Shown: positions 8,921 to 17,957 of the stretch, one piece after another | Layout: the number at the start of each line of letters is the position of its first letter | How positions within the stretch are numbered: position 1 is the first letter of the stretch | Assembly: GCA_005889075.1 (NCBI GenBank) | Contig: VBDQ01000030.1 | Location: forward strand, 13,064-77,063 | From: Chloroflexota bacterium | Lineage (GTDB): Bacteria > Chloroflexota > Limnocylindria > P2-11E | Reading direction: 5' to 3' | DNA: 64,000 bases | Made by a program: the position numbers and the translations under genes | Notes under the pieces: generated by a model | The model's input: only the letters and a program-made list of their open reading frames with translations | Databases searched by the model: none | What the model was told of the DNA's origin: nothing

Positions 8921-9985
8921 CTAGTCCCCCGCGGCGACCGGTGTGCGCGCACCGGACATCACTGTTTCGATGATCGCAAGCGCGTCATCGATGTCCGAAC
9001 GCTCGATCCCGTAATGCGTCACGGCACGTAGGCGCGGCGAATTTCCGAGATAGCGCGAGACGCGGAGTCCCCGCTCGGCACAAGATTTCTGGAACGCAGC
9101 TGCATCGGTAAAGTCGGCATCGACTTCGAACGACACGATGTTCGTCACGACCCGGTGTGCGTCGATGCGGATGCCCGGGATCCGCGCGAGCCCTTCCGCG
9201 AACGCTTTCGCGTTGCGGTGGTCATCGCCAAGCCGGCCGCGCATCTCCTCGAGCGCGACGAGCGCGGCGGCGGCGATCACGCCGGCTTGGCGCATCGCCC
9301 CTCCGAGGAGCTTGCGCACGCGTCGGGCCTTGGCGATCGTGTCCCCACTTCCGCAGAGGATCGAGCCGACCGGCGCCGCGAGTCCCTTCGAGAAGCAGTA
9401 CTGGACCGTGTCCGCAGGCGCGCAGAGCTCTTTCGGATCGACGTTCAGCGCGACCGCGGCGTTGAAGATCCGCGCGCCGTCCAGGTGGACGCGCAGGCCG
9501 CGGTGGTGCGCGAGCTCGGCGACCGCGGCGGTCTCTGCCACCGTCAGCACGGCGCCGCCGCAGTTGTTATGCGAGTTCTCGAGGCACACGAGCGACGTCC
9601 GCGGATACATGCCCGCCGGACGGATCGCGGCCGTGACGTCGTCGAGGGAGGGGCAGCCTTCTCGGTTTGGAACGAGTCGCGGCACGATCGAGCCGACCAC
9701 GAACGATGCCCCCATCTCGTTCTGGTAGATGTGCGCGAGGTCGCCAAGGATCACCTCGTCGCCGCGCTCGGTCTGCGAAAGCACGCCGCAGAGATTCCCG
9801 AGCATCCCGCTCGCGACGTAGACCGCGGCCTCCTTGCCGACGACTTCCGCCGCCCGCTTTTCGAGGCGGTTCACCGTGGGATCCTCGCCGTACTGATCGT
9901 CTCCGACCTCGGCGTCGGCCATCGCGCGGCGCATCGCGGGAGTCGGCAGCGTGAACGTGTCGCTGCGGAGCTCGATCAACTTCAC
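8921..9985 (-). CDS. ltaE: Low-specificity L-threonine aldolase (beta-eliminating lyase family)
   Basis: Contains KLIELRSDTFTLPTPAMRRAM...GDDQYGEDPTVNRLE...FSKGLAAPVGS. I prefer GTG 9985, which gives MKLIELRSD preceded by CATACT-N6. ATG 10015 is the alternative start. Confidence 0.8.
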   Translation of the reverse strand: MKLIELRSDTFTLPTPAMRRAMADAEVGDDQYGEDPTVNRLEKRAAEVVGKEAAVYVASGMLGNLCGVLSQTERGDEVILGDLAHIYQNEMGASFVVGSIVPRLVPNREGCPSLDDVTAAIRPAGMYPRTSLVCLENSHNNCGGAVLTVAETAAVAELAHHRGLRVHLDGARIFNAAVALNVDPKELCAPADTVQYCFSKGLAAPVGSILCGSGDTIAKARRVRKLLGGAMRQAGVIAAAALVALEEMRGRLGDDHRNAKAFAEGLARIPGIRIDAHRVVTNIVSFEVDADFTDAAAFQKSCAERGLRVSRYLGNSPRLRAVTHYGIERSDIDDALAIIETVMSGARTPVAAGD

Positions 9986-9990
9986 GTCTC

Positions 9991-9997
9991 TAGTATG
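9991..9997. promoter_or_regulatory. Overlapping back-to-back -10-like boxes for divergent leaderless genes
   Basis: Plus strand: TAGTAT (9991-9996), N8, GTG 10005. Minus strand: CATACT (9997 to 9992), N6, GTG 9985. Neither side has an SD. Confidence 0.45.
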
Positions 9998-10004
9998 CGG
10001 ACGG

Positions 10005-10949
10005 GTGACGAACATCGTCGTGTGGTCCGCTTTCCACATCCGGCCGGAGATCGTCGCCGCGGAATTCCCCGACGACCGCATCATTCAGGTTGCCCACGAG
10101 AAGGAGCTTCGCGGCGCAACGGATGCTGAGGTCGCCTTCAGTGGCAACAACCCGCGCCGGGTGCGACAGCTTCTCGATGCGACGCCGAACCTGCGCTGGT
10201 ACCACACCGTTTCGGCCGGTGTCGAGAACATGCCGCTGTCGGAGCTCGCGGACCGCGGGATCGTACTGACCAACAACAGCGGGTCGTATGACATCCAGAT
10301 CGCCGAGCATCTGATGGCTTTCGTCTTCGCCGCGTCGCGGCAGCTCCACCGCTATCGCGACAACCAGCGTGCCCACCAGTGGAAGGACGAGGAACACCAG
10401 GAGCTGCGCGACGCGACCATCGTCGTCTACGGGATGGGGAGCATCGGCGGCGAGGTCGCGCGTCTCGCGAGCGCCGTCGGCATGCGCGTCATCGGCGTCC
10501 GACGGAGGCCGACGCCCGAGACCGGGGTGAGCCGCGTGGTCGCGGCGGACCTGCTCGCCGAGGTCGTCGGTGAGGCCGATTACCTGGCAATCACGGCGCC
10601 GCTCACCGCGGCCACGCGTGGCGCGATCTCGAGAGAGATCATCGCGCGGCTAAAGCCCACCGCATGGGTCGTGAACATCGCTCGAGGCGCCATCGTCGAC
10701 GAGGCCGCTCTCATCGAGGCGCTGCGGGCAGGCCGGATCGGTGGCGCCGCGCTCGACGTCTTCGTCACCGAGCCGCTTCCGCCCGAGAGTCCGTTCTGGG
10801 ACCTGCCGAACGTGATCCTCACGCCGCATCGCTCAGGCGACTCGCCGCGAGCGTACGAACGTACGCTCGCGCTCTTCGGCGAGAACCTGCGGCGATATAA
10901 GGCGGGCGAGCCGCTGCTCAACCGGGTCGACTTCACGGCCGGTTACTGA
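10005..10949 (+). CDS. D-isomer-specific 2-hydroxyacid dehydrogenase family protein
   Basis: NAD-binding motif VVYGMGSIGGEVAR, plus NIARGAIVDEAAL and LTPHRSG. The start is chosen at GTG 10005 (MTNIVVW). The track ORF begins at 9951. Confidence 0.8.
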   Translation: MTNIVVWSAFHIRPEIVAAEFPDDRIIQVAHEKELRGATDAEVAFSGNNPRRVRQLLDATPNLRWYHTVSAGVENMPLSELADRGIVLTNNSGSYDIQIAEHLMAFVFAASRQLHRYRDNQRAHQWKDEEHQELRDATIVVYGMGSIGGEVARLASAVGMRVIGVRRRPTPETGVSRVVAADLLAEVVGEADYLAITAPLTAATRGAISREIIARLKPTAWVVNIARGAIVDEAALIEALRAGRIGGAALDVFVTEPLPPESPFWDLPNVILTPHRSGDSPRAYERTLALFGENLRRYKAGEPLLNRVDFTAGY

Positions 10950-12133
10950 TGCGCGTCGCTTCGGGACACCTCGCCCAGCGGACGATGGGGTTCACAGAGT
11001 CGGTCATCCGCGAGATGACCCGACTGTGCGCGCAGTACGGCGGTATCAACCTCGCCCAGGGCTTCCCCAATTTCGCCGCTCCAGCGGCAATAAAGGACGC
11101 GGCGAAGCGGGCGATCGATGACGACATCAATCAATATGCGATCACCTGGGGCGCGAAGAGCCTCCGCGACCGGATCGCGCACGCCTACGAGGAGCTCTAC
11201 GGGATGGCCGTCGATCCCGAGACCATGGTCACGGTCACCTGCGGCTCCACCGAGGCGATGATCTCGACGCTGCTCGCGCTCTGCGAGGCGGGCGACGAGG
11301 TGATCGTGCTCGAGCCCTTCTACGAGAACTACGGGCCCGACGCCGCGATCGCGGGCGCGGTGCCGGTCTTCGTGCCGCTGCGGCCGCCCGCATTCGCGTT
11401 CGATCCCGACGAGCTTCGCGCGGCGTTCACGTCGCGGACCAAGGCGATCATCGTGAACACCCCGAACAATCCCACCGGCCGCGTGTTCACGCGCGCGGAG
11501 CTCGAGGTGATCGCGGGCCTCTCTCGGGAGCACGACGTGATCTGCGTCACCGACGAGATCTACGAGCACATCCGCTACGACGGGCCGCACATCCCGATCG
11601 CGACCCTGCCCGGAATGGCGGAACGCACGGTCACGATCTCCGGGGCGAGCAAGACATTTTCCGTGACCGGATGGCGCGTGGGCTGGATCGTCGCGCCACC
11701 GGAGCTCACCGGAGGCATCCGGAAGGTCCACGACTTCGTCACCGTTGGCGCGCCCGCACCGCTTCAGGAGGCGGTCGCCGCCGCCCTATCGCTCGGGTCC
11801 GGTTATTACGATCGCCTCGCGGTCGAGTATCGAGCGCGCCGCGATGTGCTGGTCCGCGGCCTCGACTCGGCGGGCTTCGCCCCGAACCGACCCGAGGGTG
11901 CGTACTACGTGCTCTGCGACATCCGCCCGTTCGGTTTCGACGATGACACCGAGTTCGCCCACTGGCTGATCCGCGATGTCGGCGTCGCCGGTGTCCCGGG
12001 GTCGTCGTTCTTTTCGCGGCGCGAGCTCGGACGGCATCTGATCCGCTTCACGTTCTGCAAAACCGAGGAGCTTCTCGAGGAGGCCTCGCGCCGTTTACTC
12101 GGCGCCCGCGAGAGAGCGCGCCGGCGCGTTTAG
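10949..12133 (+). CDS. Class I/II pyridoxal-phosphate aminotransferase (MtnE/YbdL-like)
   Basis: Contains NLAQGFPNF, QYAITWG and SGASKTFSVTGWRVGW (PLP lysine). TGATG is coupled to the upstream gene. Confidence 0.85.
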   Translation: MRVASGHLAQRTMGFTESVIREMTRLCAQYGGINLAQGFPNFAAPAAIKDAAKRAIDDDINQYAITWGAKSLRDRIAHAYEELYGMAVDPETMVTVTCGSTEAMISTLLALCEAGDEVIVLEPFYENYGPDAAIAGAVPVFVPLRPPAFAFDPDELRAAFTSRTKAIIVNTPNNPTGRVFTRAELEVIAGLSREHDVICVTDEIYEHIRYDGPHIPIATLPGMAERTVTISGASKTFSVTGWRVGWIVAPPELTGGIRKVHDFVTVGAPAPLQEAVAAALSLGSGYYDRLAVEYRARRDVLVRGLDSAGFAPNRPEGAYYVLCDIRPFGFDDDTEFAHWLIRDVGVAGVPGSSFFSRRELGRHLIRFTFCKTEELLEEASRRLLGARERARRRV

Positions 12134-13071
12134 GCGAGCGGGAACCGCGCGGTCACGCGGAGGCTCCGCGTCAGCGGGTTGTGCGAAACGTCGAGCGTGC
12201 CACCCTGCGGAGCGAACAGCTGCCGCGCGAGCTCGACGGTGAGCGCGACCTTCTCGGGGTCCTCGTCGGTGCGCTCGCCGGGCTGCCGTACGTCGTTGGC
12301 TGAGATCACGACCTCGGCAGCGTTGGCCTGCCGTGCGAGGCTGAGCGATCCCTCATCGGTACGTCCGACGAGTGCGAGAAGCGCGTCGAGTCCTTGGCGC
12401 ATGCGCGCGCGGTCGGCGTAGATCCTCACGGGTTCGGTCGGCGTCAGGAACTGAAGAGCGCCCTTGCGCTCGGCCCGAAGCTCTTCCACCAGGGCAACAA
12501 GATCGATCTCGCTGCGGTGCAACGGGATCTGACCGCGCTGAAGGCGCACGATCTCGGCGAAATCGCGCGCAAGGAACGCGATTGTCTCCGCCCGGGGTCG
12601 GAGCATCGTGCGCAGCTCGTTGATCCCACCGTTCCAGTGCTCGACGAGCTCGAGGATCTGTCTCGCGGGCTCCGCGAGCCCGCGATCCAGGAGCGCGAGC
12701 GAGTGCGAGCGCTGTGAGTCAAGGCGCTCGAGTCGGTCGCGCTCGGCTCGCAGCCGGCTCACCACCGCCGCGGCGATCGATAGGAGGACCAGGCGACTGA
12801 GGCTGTTCCAAAGAAATGTTCCGCCGGTGACCGGAGTCTGCACGAGCATGTCCGAGGTCACCGCGGCAGCGGCGGCGGTCACCGCGACGAGGAAGCCTGC
12901 GCGCTGGCCCGCGAACCAGGCGGCTCCGGCGACCGGAACAAGGTAGAAGAGGGTCAGGCTGATGAACGGCCCGGTCGCGTAGTCGAGAATGCCGACGAGG
13001 ACCGCGAGGAGCATCCACTCGGCGAGGTCGGCAAGCGCGCTCTTGCGGCCGTTCACCTCGTCCATCCTCAT
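12130..13071 (-). CDS. Membrane histidine-kinase-like protein with a degenerate ATP-binding domain
   Basis: It has N-terminal TM helices, a coiled linker, SQRSHSLALL (HisKA-like His) and a C-terminal HATPase-like fold. That fold lacks recognisable N and G1 boxes. Confidence 0.55.
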   Translation of the reverse strand: MRMDEVNGRKSALADLAEWMLLAVLVGILDYATGPFISLTLFYLVPVAGAAWFAGQRAGFLVAVTAAAAAVTSDMLVQTPVTGGTFLWNSLSRLVLLSIAAAVVSRLRAERDRLERLDSQRSHSLALLDRGLAEPARQILELVEHWNGGINELRTMLRPRAETIAFLARDFAEIVRLQRGQIPLHRSEIDLVALVEELRAERKGALQFLTPTEPVRIYADRARMRQGLDALLALVGRTDEGSLSLARQANAAEVVISANDVRQPGERTDEDPEKVALTVELARQLFAPQGGTLDVSHNPLTRSLRVTARFPLA

Positions 13072-13119
13072 CTGTCTTTATCTACACCGCATCCGCCGTT
13101 TGGCGTACGCGGGGATGGG

Positions 13120-14208
13120 TCATTCGGCGAGATGGGCCCCTTGGAACGGCAGCCCGCGGGCGAAAGCGAGGTAGAGGGCGAAGCCGTCGGGCGGCGCCGC
13201 GACGGTCGGAGAGACGGTGGTCGTCGACAGCCGCTGGGCCGCGACGGCGGCGTCCTGCTGGCGGCCGAGGGCGCGCAGCGCCTGCGGGTAGCTCGAGCGC
13301 ATGGTGAAGACGCCCTGCACGGACCCGAACGCGATGCCTTTCTCGAACGCCGCGACCGCTTCCGCGAACGCGCCGTAGCCGTAAGCCGCCTCGCCGAACG
13401 CGATCCACGCGTTCTGGGTATTCTGCGCGAGCGCTTCGGCCTTGGTCCGCTCGTAGAAATTCGCGCGCATCCGGAGGTCGTTCCAGTCCTCGCCGACGAT
13501 GCGCCGGAGCAGCAGCTCGTCCTTCGGGTCGTAGACGACCAAGTACCGATAGCTGAACGGCTGCCACTCGTTCTGGAACCACTGATAAGAAAGCGGCACC
13601 ATCCGCCCCAGCATCGGATCGTTGACGTAGAAGGTCGCGAGCGCATCGTCGTAGCCGCGTACGACGCGCCAGTGCGCGATGCGCGAGATCGATGGGTCTT
13701 GCATCCACTGGGTGACCATCGGGGTGAAGCCATTCGCGACCAGACGGCGGAGCAGGTCGTTTGTTCCGTTGTTCCGCCAGACGGCGCGCAACCCGAAGTT
13801 CGCGCTGATCCACGGGTCGACTTTCTGCGGCCCCATCCCTGAGAGCACGTTGGCTCCGCGGAGCGGGATCCGCGCATCCTCCTGCGAAACGTCGATGCCG
13901 AGGCTCGACAGCGCCATCACGACCGAAGCGGGTCCGCAGTTGTTCAGCGACTGCCACACGTGCTTCATGTCGATCGATGCGCTCGCGGGCGCGGACCTCG
14001 GCTCGGGACCTTGATCGACCGGCGGCGCCGCGACCGAGGCCGCGTAGCTCGGGGCAACCTCCGTGGCCGCCGCGGCGGCATCAGCCATCACGTTCACGGC
14101 GCCGTCAGCGTGGGATCCCGGCGCCGGCGCGGCAACAAGTGCGAGCGCAACGACCAACACCAGCGATACGAGCCCGACGGCGAAACGCACGGCGATGCCG
14201 CTCCGCAT
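13120..14208 (-). CDS. Secreted peptidase C39-like (papain-fold) protein with a TPR-like C-terminus
   Basis: MRSGIAVRFAVGLVSLVLVVALALVAAPAPGSHA looks like a signal peptide. SLNNCGPASVVMAL is a candidate catalytic Cys motif, and HWRVVRGYD is also present. ATG 14232 is the alternative start. Confidence 0.65.
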   Translation of the reverse strand: MRSGIAVRFAVGLVSLVLVVALALVAAPAPGSHADGAVNVMADAAAAATEVAPSYAASVAAPPVDQGPEPRSAPASASIDMKHVWQSLNNCGPASVVMALSSLGIDVSQEDARIPLRGANVLSGMGPQKVDPWISANFGLRAVWRNNGTNDLLRRLVANGFTPMVTQWMQDPSISRIAHWRVVRGYDDALATFYVNDPMLGRMVPLSYQWFQNEWQPFSYRYLVVYDPKDELLLRRIVGEDWNDLRMRANFYERTKAEALAQNTQNAWIAFGEAAYGYGAFAEAVAAFEKGIAFGSVQGVFTMRSSYPQALRALGRQQDAAVAAQRLSTTTVSPTVAAPPDGFALYLAFARGLPFQGAHLAE

Positions 14209-14216
14209 GAGATGCG

Positions 14217-14232
14217 ATGGTACCCGTACCAT
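14217..14232. promoter_or_regulatory. Palindrome supplying two divergent -10-like boxes
   Basis: ATGGTAC-cc-GTACCAT. Plus strand: TACCAT, N6, ATG 14239. Minus strand: TACCAT, N8, ATG 14208. Confidence 0.45.
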
Positions 14233-14238
14233 CGCGCC

Positions 14239-15192
14239 ATGCGGGAAGCGACGCTCTCCCGAGGACGCCTTGCCGAGCACCCGGTCTGGGCACGGGCCCT
14301 GGCGCGGACCGAGCTCGCCGCCCGCGCGATCGCGCCGGTCATCGTCTCGAGCGCGGTCGAGGACCGAGAGAAGGTCGATGGGGCTTCGTGGCTCGAGCGG
14401 CTCTCCCTCACCGAGGTCGTGCGTGAGGCACGCGCCGCCGCCGCGGCTGGGCTCGCCGGCCTCTTGCTGTTCGGGATGAGCGATCGGAAGGACGAGAGCG
14501 CGATGCTTGCGAGTCAGCCTGAGCACGTCGTACCGCGGGCGATCCGCGCGGTGAAGGAGGCCGTACCGGACCTCGCCGTCGCGACCGACGTGTGCGTTTG
14601 CGCCTATACCTCGCACGGCCAGTGCGTCCTCTTCGGTGACCACGGCGCCGATATCGCGGCGACGTTGGAGCAGCTCGCCGGCATCGCCCGTGTCCATGCC
14701 GACGCGGGGGCCGACCTGCTCGTCGCGTCGGGGATGCTCGAGGGGACGGTCCGCGCGCTTCGCGGCGCGCTCGCCTCGGCCGGTCGCGACGACGTGCCGG
14801 TGGCCGCTGTGGTGAAGCTCGAAAGCGCCCTCTACGCGACGCATCGTGTCGCGGTAAGCGCGGTACCGATCGCCGAGCGGGCGGTTCCCCTGATCGCCGC
14901 GGCCGATCCGGCGGCGGCGGTGGCTCGGGCGCGCCGCGAGATGGACGACGGGGCCGACGCGATCGTTGTGAAGCCCGGCGCTCCGGGTCTCGACATCGTG
15001 GCGCGGCTGGCTGCTTTCGCCGCGCGGCCCCTCCTTTCTTACTTCACCGCGGACGAGCACGCGCCATTCGTGGCCGCGGCCGAAGGTGCGTCAGATCCGC
15101 GTGCTGCGGAGAAGGAACATCTGGCCGCGGCGCGACGCGCGGGAGCCTCGCTCGTTATCAGTTCCGGTGCCTGGACTGTCGCCGAGGAGTGA
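14239..15192 (+). CDS. Porphobilinogen synthase (HemB/ALAD)-like protein, divergent
   Basis: DVCVCAYTSHGQC is a Zn-Cys triad. Also present are GADLLVASGMLEG, AAVVKLES and IVVKPGAPGLDIV (both Lys positions). The YGPFR, SYQM and SGEY motifs are not recognisable. Confidence 0.6.
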   Translation: MREATLSRGRLAEHPVWARALARTELAARAIAPVIVSSAVEDREKVDGASWLERLSLTEVVREARAAAAAGLAGLLLFGMSDRKDESAMLASQPEHVVPRAIRAVKEAVPDLAVATDVCVCAYTSHGQCVLFGDHGADIAATLEQLAGIARVHADAGADLLVASGMLEGTVRALRGALASAGRDDVPVAAVVKLESALYATHRVAVSAVPIAERAVPLIAAADPAAAVARARREMDDGADAIVVKPGAPGLDIVARLAAFAARPLLSYFTADEHAPFVAAAEGASDPRAAEKEHLAAARRAGASLVISSGAWTVAEE

Positions 15193-15883
15193 GGGCCGCC
15201 CGCCGCTGAGCCTCGCCGCACGGGCGGCGATCTATGCGCTCCTCGCCGGGCTCGTGGTCGCCAGCTTCGTCGTCACGCCGGGCCGCGCCGGCGCGGTCCG
15301 GTCGGCGGATCAGGCGACGGTCGGGCGCGCTCTTCCCGCTGCACGGGGCCTCGCGCGGAGCGTTCGGGATGCCACCGATGCGGAGCTCCAGCCGGCTGCG
15401 CATGCGTCGGCTTCGCCGAGTCTCGCGGCCCGAACGCAGGTGTTGATCTTGGACCAGCCGACGGATGATTCTTCGGTCGCCCCGCTGTCACCGGTCGCCG
15501 CCGCCGAGCTACGGATGCTCACGTTGATCAACGCATCCAGGGTGAACCGCGGGCTCGTTGCGCTCACGATGGACGAAAGCGTCCAAGCGGTCGCCCGCGA
15601 GCACAGCGCCGCCGAGACGGGAGTGCGGTACGTCTACCACGACGGGCCGGACGGGAACGCTCGCGCTCGTGACGCCGCCGCGTGCGGTACGGATTGGTAC
15701 GGCGAGAACACCGGCAAAGTGTGGAACGAGAATATCGACGCGCTCCACCGCGAGTTCATGAGCGAACCGTGGGAGCCGATCAACCACCGGACCAACATCA
15801 TGGGCCCATTGTTCCGCCGCGTCGGCATCGGCGCGGTCATCGGTCCGGACGCGATGTACATGACGATGGTGTTCTGCCGCTGA
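15167..15883 (+). CDS. CAP/SCP (YkwD-like) domain secreted protein
   Basis: Contains LINASRVNRGL...AREHSAAE...GENTGKVW...HRTNIMGPLFRRVGIG. The N-terminal hydrophobic segment is AAIYALLAGLVVASFVV. The start is uncertain: GTG 15167, or the track start at 15086. Confidence 0.6.
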   Translation: MPGLSPRSEGRPPLSLAARAAIYALLAGLVVASFVVTPGRAGAVRSADQATVGRALPAARGLARSVRDATDAELQPAAHASASPSLAARTQVLILDQPTDDSSVAPLSPVAAAELRMLTLINASRVNRGLVALTMDESVQAVAREHSAAETGVRYVYHDGPDGNARARDAAACGTDWYGENTGKVWNENIDALHREFMSEPWEPINHRTNIMGPLFRRVGIGAVIGPDAMYMTMVFCR

Positions 15884-15892
15884 GGAAACTCG

Positions 15893-17206
15893 GTGTCTGG
15901 TAGCGTTCGGCGCGACTTGGACCACCATCACACGACCCTTCCGAATGGGATTCGCGTCCTCGTCGCCGAGATGCCCGAGACGCGGTCGGTCTCCATGGCG
16001 ATCTACGTCGGGATCGGCTCGCGGGTCGAAACGAAGAACGACGCGGGGACGAGCCACTTCCTCGAGCACATGCTCTTCAAAGGGACGGCCAAGCGGCCCA
16101 CGGCCGCGGACATCAGTCAGGAGATCGAGAGCCGCGGCGGCGTGGTCAACGCCTCCACCGACAAAGAGGTGACGGTCTTCTGGTCGCGCGTGCCTGCGCG
16201 TCACTATCTCGTCGCTCTCGACGTAGTCGCGGACATGCTGCGCGCGCCGGTCCTTCGCGCGACTGACGTGGAATCCGAACGCCGGGTGATCGTCGAAGAG
16301 CTCCGGATGTATCGCGACCAGCCGCAGGACCGAGTCCACACCCTCGTCGACGAGCTCCTCTATCCGCGTCATCCGCTGGGCTGGGAGGTCGCCGGGCGTG
16401 AGGACGTCGTCCTCGGGATGACCACCGACGGACTCCGCGCGTTCATGCAGCGGGGATACGCTCCGTCGCGGACGGTCGTCGCGCTGGCGGGACCGATCAG
16501 AGCGGACGAAGCGGTGCTGGCCGTCGCGGAGGCGCTAGGCGCCCTCGCGCCACGCGATCCGCCGCCGGTCGCGCCGGCGACGAAACCAGGAAAGACCCGC
16601 CTGAAGCTGTTGGGCAAGCGGGCCGAGCAAACGAACTTGTGCGTTGCCTGGCGCGGCGTCCAGACGCAGCATCCCGACAAGTACGCGATCGACATGTTGA
16701 ACGCGGTCCTCGGCGAGGGGATGTCGAGTCGCCTGTTCCTGGAGCTGCGCGAAAAACGCGGACTGGCCTACGACGTCCATAGCTACGACGCCAACTACGC
16801 GGACGCCGGCCACATCGTGGTTTACGCGGGATTCGCCCCGACGAACGGCGCCGAAGTCCTCGCCGCCGTACTGCGCGAGATCGAGCGTCTGCGCGAAGAG
16901 CCTGTGCCTGACTCCGAGCTCGAGCGCGTGCGTGACTTCGCAAAGGGTCGCCTCGAGCTGAGGCTCGAGGACACCCGCGGAGTCTCCGGCTGGCTCGCGG
17001 CGCAAGAGCTATTCCTCGGTCGCGTGCGATCCGTCGACGAGGTCTGCGCCATCATCGACGGCATCGGGCCGTCGGATATCCAGCGGGTCGCCCGTAGCTA
17101 TCTGCAGCCGGACCAGGCGTTCGTGGCGGCCATCGGACCGCGGTCATCTCTCGTGGCGATCGCTGCGCCGGCCGCACCGGCTCTTGAGATGGAGATCGCG
17201 TCGTGA
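15893..17206 (+). CDS. M16 family zinc peptidase (active, HxxEH)
   Basis: Contains SHFLEHMLFKGT. A GAGGAAA SD lies 5 nt upstream of GTG 15893. Confidence 0.85.
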   Translation: MSGSVRRDLDHHHTTLPNGIRVLVAEMPETRSVSMAIYVGIGSRVETKNDAGTSHFLEHMLFKGTAKRPTAADISQEIESRGGVVNASTDKEVTVFWSRVPARHYLVALDVVADMLRAPVLRATDVESERRVIVEELRMYRDQPQDRVHTLVDELLYPRHPLGWEVAGREDVVLGMTTDGLRAFMQRGYAPSRTVVALAGPIRADEAVLAVAEALGALAPRDPPPVAPATKPGKTRLKLLGKRAEQTNLCVAWRGVQTQHPDKYAIDMLNAVLGEGMSSRLFLELREKRGLAYDVHSYDANYADAGHIVVYAGFAPTNGAEVLAAVLREIERLREEPVPDSELERVRDFAKGRLELRLEDTRGVSGWLAAQELFLGRVRSVDEVCAIIDGIGPSDIQRVARSYLQPDQAFVAAIGPRSSLVAIAAPAAPALEMEIAS

Positions 17207-17667
17207 GCGAGCGAACGCTCGTCATCCTCAAACCCGATGCGGTGCAGCGCGCGATCGCAGCCGAGATTCTCTCGCGGTTCGAACGTCGCGGCCTGCGGAT
17301 CGTCGCTCTCGGCCTGCTGAAAGTTGATCGCGCGATGGCCGAGCGGCATTACGCGGTGCACAAGGGAAAGTTCTTCTACGACGAGCTGGTGAAGACGATC
17401 ACCGCCTCACCGGTCATCGCCGCGGTCCTGGAGGGGCCGAACGCCATCGCGGTCGTGCGCGCGATGGTCGGTGCGACCCGCCCGCACGAGGCCGCGCCTG
17501 GCTCGATCCGTGGGGATTACGCGCTCGTCGGCCTTCGCAATCTCGTGCACGCGAGCGACGCTCTGGAGACGGCCGCGTCCGAGATCGCGCTTTGGTTTCC
17601 CGATGGCATCGTCTCGTACGAACGCGGCATCGATCGCTGGATATCCACGGACAAGGCGCCGAGCTGA
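17203..17667 (+). CDS. ndk: Nucleoside-diphosphate kinase
   Basis: Contains ERTLVILKPDAVQR...GPNAIAVVRAMVGAT...SIRGDYA...NLVHASD. GTGA is coupled to the M16 gene. Confidence 0.92.
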   Translation: MSERTLVILKPDAVQRAIAAEILSRFERRGLRIVALGLLKVDRAMAERHYAVHKGKFFYDELVKTITASPVIAAVLEGPNAIAVVRAMVGATRPHEAAPGSIRGDYALVGLRNLVHASDALETAASEIALWFPDGIVSYERGIDRWISTDKAPS

Positions 17668-17957
17668 TGTTCGTTCGCCGCCGCATGATTCGCCGGCGGC
17701 GCCGATTCTTCTTCCTCTTCCTGCTGCCATGGACGCGCGAGGCGACGCGGAAGAGGACGATCGCGACCAGAGACGCAGGCGCCCGGCGGGTGGCACGGGG
17801 GAGCGGGTTGCGCGCGAGCCGTGGACCGGCCGCGCCATGAAAGTAGCGCTGAATCGCGTGAGGAGCGGACCGGTAGGCGAGCGCGCAGCCCCGACCCCGG
17901 GACAGGACCCGCTGGCGCCGACGATCGCCCGGACATGATCCGTAGACGCCGACGCTT

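Noticed and set aside
17788-17812. TGGCAC followed by TTGC, resembling a sigma-54 -24/-12 promoter near rpoN
   Set aside because: The GG to GC spacing is about 6 nt too long for the TGGCAC-N5-TTGC geometry. The element also points into the 3' end of an opposite-strand gene.
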